The notes beneath the pieces are model-generated. The model was not told where the DNA came from. It did not search any database and saw nothing but the letters and a program-made list of their open reading frames with translations. A program made the position numbers and the translations under genes. A stretch of DNA of 64,000 bases from Spirochaetia bacterium (GTDB lineage: Bacteria; Spirochaetota; Spirochaetia; SZUA-6; Bin103), in assembly GCA_965198005.1 (NCBI GenBank), contig CBDAOI010000002.1, positions 640,001 through 704,000 on the forward strand, given 5' to 3'. How positions within the stretch are numbered: position 1 is the stretch's first letter; each line of letters opens with the position of its first letter. This document shows positions 60,866-64,000 of the stretch, one piece after another.

Positions 60866-62041
60866 CTACCACTTGCCGGACTCCTCTGCGTAAGCATGAT
60901 GCGGCATCGTGTAGTTGATCCCTTCCTGATCGAACGCCGAAACCTGGAGCAGTCCCATGAAGTCGGTCAGGTTGGTGTGTACTGCGAGCTTGGGAAACCA
61001 CTTGGCCATTACTCGGTGATAGCGAGTCTGCACGCGAAACCAAGGGAGAACTCCGAAGGTGAACGCCGGTGGATACCGAAGCTGGTCGGCAAGCGACTTG
61101 CCTATCAGCGAGCGAGAAATGAGGTACACGTACTTCGCCAGCCGTTTGCGGTCCCCCGGCTCCGTGTTGCCTACGAATATGGGGGCGGAGTTGACCAGAG
61201 AGTGGGATATGGCAATCGACTCCAGGTCGGCAGGGGGCTCGCACGCGATGCCGACTTCGAACAGCTTCAGGGCATCGGCTTCCCCTCTGAACAGCATGCT
61301 CTCGGGAATGCCCATCAGGAAACCGGCGTAACGCCAGACCTGCATGAAGCTGCTGCGTTCGCGGTCATCGAACACGCCGCCGAGCGACTTCAAGTGCTTG
61401 AGCAGGCGCGCCGAAAACGCAGTTAATGCGAAGCCCAGGTGCGCCGCGCTGATCGGCACACCCCAGGCTTCGGTATCCCAGTCGACGGCGTCCCGCAGCA
61501 GCATCCTGACCTGCGCGTGGATCAGACGAATGCGGACCGACAGCTTCCATCCATCGCCGAACCGTTCAAGTCCACCGGGAAGAAATATCTCCATCATGTG
61601 CCGGTTGTTCTGCTGCAGACGGCGGAGACCCTGGCTGCGCAATCGGCCGGTTATGAAGAACGACTTGCTGATGTTCGTGGTGAAGCCTTCGACCAGCGCG
61701 CCGCCGACCATTCCGGCCAGCACGAACCTCGAGTTTCGGTGAAACATGCGGATGCCGGGCATGAACTCCGCTTGATCCACCCAAGCAGGAGGAACCTCGA
61801 CCGCTTTGAAGAAATCTCTGACAATGGACGGAGCACCGCGGAGCGCGGGATCGTCCGGATCGTTCATCGCCGTACGCACGAGCCGTGCCGATTCTTCCGG
61901 CTGACGTGAGGCGAGGCTTGCCACCAACTCGTCCGCGGCGGGATCTCCGACGAGCGTGTGCGCGACGTAGTTCGATGCCATCTGAGCATCGATAGCGCAT
62001 GCGTTCTCGTAACCCGAGATGTAATCAGACGGCATGGCCAT
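60866..62041 (-). CDS. MpaB/Lcp-like (DUF2236) heme oxygenase-family protein
   Basis: GDP.AD, P.WVD, RIRLIHAQVR, W....WGVPIS, WRYAGFLMGI. Confidence 0.8.
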   Translation of the reverse strand: MAMPSDYISGYENACAIDAQMASNYVAHTLVGDPAADELVASLASRQPEESARLVRTAMNDPDDPALRGAPSIVRDFFKAVEVPPAWVDQAEFMPGIRMFHRNSRFVLAGMVGGALVEGFTTNISKSFFITGRLRSQGLRRLQQNNRHMMEIFLPGGLERFGDGWKLSVRIRLIHAQVRMLLRDAVDWDTEAWGVPISAAHLGFALTAFSARLLKHLKSLGGVFDDRERSSFMQVWRYAGFLMGIPESMLFRGEADALKLFEVGIACEPPADLESIAISHSLVNSAPIFVGNTEPGDRKRLAKYVYLISRSLIGKSLADQLRYPPAFTFGVLPWFRVQTRYHRVMAKWFPKLAVHTNLTDFMGLLQVSAFDQEGINYTMPHHAYAEESGKW

Positions 62042-64000
62042 CGCTGGTCACCTCCTCGGCGCTAGTTTCGCCTGGACGCAGACAACACGCGTTCCGGCTT
62101 CCGGGGCGCCTGCGAATCTTTCGCGTGAGCGATCGGAAGAGCATCCTCAGTGCCGGGTCCGAGCCGGCCAGTGCGCTGCCGGCGATCATGGTCGCGCGCA
62201 CACTGCGGCGGGTGATCTTTACTTGGCTCGCCTCGGCAAAGTCCGGTTGGGCGTAGATGCGGCGGAGACTGAGCACGGCCATACCCAGCGCCCAGAGGCA
62301 GAATCGGCGGATGCCGGTCTCGCGGGCCGGAATGAGAAGGGTGAATCGCAACGCGTCCTCCAGATGCCGGGAGGCGACCGCCACCAGATCGAGCATCCCC
62401 GCGGCGAATCTGGGATCCGAGCGTCCGCTGGGCAACGATCGAAGTTCGAACCCGGTCGAGCGAAAGATGTCCTGCGGCAGCCAGCAAGACCCGACAAGAC
62501 GATCGGTCCACACGTCCTTGAGGATGTTGGTCATCTGCAATCCTTGGCCGAACGCGACCGACAGCCGGAACAGATCGTCTCGACGCTGGTTGATTTCGTC
62601 GGAGTAGTCACAGAACAGCTCGGTGAGGGTCTCTCCCACGACCCCGGCGACGTAATAGCAGTAGCGATCGAGGTGCGCCTGGTCGGCCAAGCCGCCGAGT
62701 GTCGCCATGTGCTGAAACTCCGCCATGCCGTGCGCCATGATGGACACGCAACGTTCCACGGCGTTGCGCTGAACCGGACGGAGCTGGTGCGTGATGCGGA
62801 CGATCCGGGGCGTATTGGCAACCAGATCCCGTTCGCTTGGCAGGGTTGCGGACGACAGCAGAGGATGAAGCTCGCGCGCGAACGACTCTGGCTCTTGGTG
62901 GCCGGTCACCACGCGGACCAGGCGGGACAGGAACTCCTGCTTCTGCGGCGCGGAAAGCTCCGGCTCGTCTTCGACCGTGTCCGCGATTCGACACAGGAGG
63001 TAGGTATTGCAGACGACCTGGCGTAGCTGCTCGGGTAGCTGGGGAATGGTCAGTGCGAAGGTCCGCGAGACACCCGGCAGGATTCCTGTCTGATAGGCGA
63101 TATCGTCGCTCGCCCGTTCTCGTAACGCTGCCGCTGCCGTTATTGCATTCCGCGTCGGCCGGTGGCAGGCGGGAAACGCCGAGTCGGCGTGCTTGAGTTC
63201 CGCCACTTGGTGCCGGAAGGACGCCGATTGGAGCACGGGCGCCTGCCGTAGTGCGGCCAACGAGGTTGCACCGCACAGCGTCATGGCGGTCCTCAGCTCA
63301 TGCTCGACCCGGTGGATCAGGGCCAGTGCGCCGTCGCTGCCGTCGGCCATGACGGCGCGGATGAAGGGAAGGGCCATGGCGCCGCAGGCCGCGCCCATCG
63401 CCACCGCCTTGGCCAGGTGCACCCCGTGACGCAGTCCGCCGGAAGCGATCACGCTGCCGGCCACGTCTCGGAGAAGCGCCAGCAGCACCCCGGTAGGCAG
63501 GCCCCACCCCGCAAACGTCTCGGCGCTCGCCTGGCGGCTCTCCGGCAGCCGCCGGCCCTCCACCGTTACCCAATTGGTGCCGTCGGCGCCGGCCAGATCT
63601 ACGTACTGTACGCCGCAGCCGAGCAGGGATCGCACCAGCCCCGGCCGAATCCCGAATCCGGTCTCCTTGACGATCACCGGCAGCCCGCACTCTCCGGTGA
63701 CGCGCTCGATGGCGCCCAACAGGCCACAGAAGTCACGGTCGCCGTCTGGCTGGAACAGCTCCTGACCGGCGTTGAGATGCACCACCAACGCCTGCACCTC
63801 CAGACGCTGCAGCACCCGGCGCACGGTGTGGACGTGCAGGTCGCGGAGTTGCACCGCCCCGAGGTTGGCCAGCACCGGCACGTCCGGCGCCAGCGGCTTG
63901 ACGTGGAAGTCCCCGAAGGTGGCCTCGTCCTGCAGCAGTGGGCGGATCGACCCCAGCCCTACGGCAACGCCCGCCCGCTGCGCGGCTGCGGCCAGCGCCC
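62025..64000 (-). CDS. fni: Type-2 IPP isomerase fused to a squalene/phytoene synthase (5'-truncated by window edge)
   Basis: GLGS.R, ANLGAVQ, HLN..QE, VKETGFG, IASGGLR (IDI-2), continuing in frame into VSRTF, YLLCRIADTVED, YCYYVAGVVG, GLQMTNILKD. Confidence 0.85.
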   Translation of the reverse strand, partial: ALAAAAQRAGVAVGLGSIRPLLQDEATFGDFHVKPLAPDVPVLANLGAVQLRDLHVHTVRRVLQRLEVQALVVHLNAGQELFQPDGDRDFCGLLGAIERVTGECGLPVIVKETGFGIRPGLVRSLLGCGVQYVDLAGADGTNWVTVEGRRLPESRQASAETFAGWGLPTGVLLALLRDVAGSVIASGGLRHGVHLAKAVAMGAACGAMALPFIRAVMADGSDGALALIHRVEHELRTAMTLCGATSLAALRQAPVLQSASFRHQVAELKHADSAFPACHRPTRNAITAAAALRERASDDIAYQTGILPGVSRTFALTIPQLPEQLRQVVCNTYLLCRIADTVEDEPELSAPQKQEFLSRLVRVVTGHQEPESFARELHPLLSSATLPSERDLVANTPRIVRITHQLRPVQRNAVERCVSIMAHGMAEFQHMATLGGLADQAHLDRYCYYVAGVVGETLTELFCDYSDEINQRRDDLFRLSVAFGQGLQMTNILKDVWTDRLVGSCWLPQDIFRSTGFELRSLPSGRSDPRFAAGMLDLVAVASRHLEDALRFTLLIPARETGIRRFCLWALGMAVLSLRRIYAQPDFAEASQVKITRRSVRATMIAGSALAGSDPALRMLFRSLTRKIRRRPGSRNACCLRPGETSAEEVTSDGHAV

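Overview
High-GC bacterial window, taxon not determinable with certainty. Intact housekeeping blocks alternate with AT-richer accessory cassettes. The housekeeping blocks are the aspartokinase-thrB-thrC operon, an Rrf2-sufBCDSU-nfu operon, rtcB, a GntR/YtrA-type ABC operon and a pair of MsbA-like ABC exporters. Accessory content looks defence-related: (i) 3.6-16.5 kb, a NucS-like nuclease, gene debris, an ATPase(deleted)/ATPase-TPR/1770-aa STAND-like operon with a consensus sigma70 promoter, and a Fic gene; (ii) a NYN nuclease + NACHT/pentapeptide pair appended to the suf operon; (iii) a restriction-like system (DUF499 ATPase, small protein, DUF1156 methylase, frameshifted PLD-SNF2) carrying a nested 3-gene MBL-hydrolase cassette, with an IS3 end just upstream; (iv) a VapBC-like module bracketed by a duplicated rtcB 3' end; (v) a tightly coupled five-gene cassette (SIS-HAD, PRTase-like, P-loop ATPase, unknown, PfkB kinase) bracketed by a ~410-bp duplication of an ABC gene 3' end, the best candidate for an undescribed system. 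The window ends in a terpenoid cluster: a type-2 IPP isomerase fused to a squalene/phytoene synthase, an MpaB/Lcp-like oxygenase and an MMPL exporter. No rRNA, tRNA or CRISPR array was seen. All family calls come from motif recognition, not database searches.
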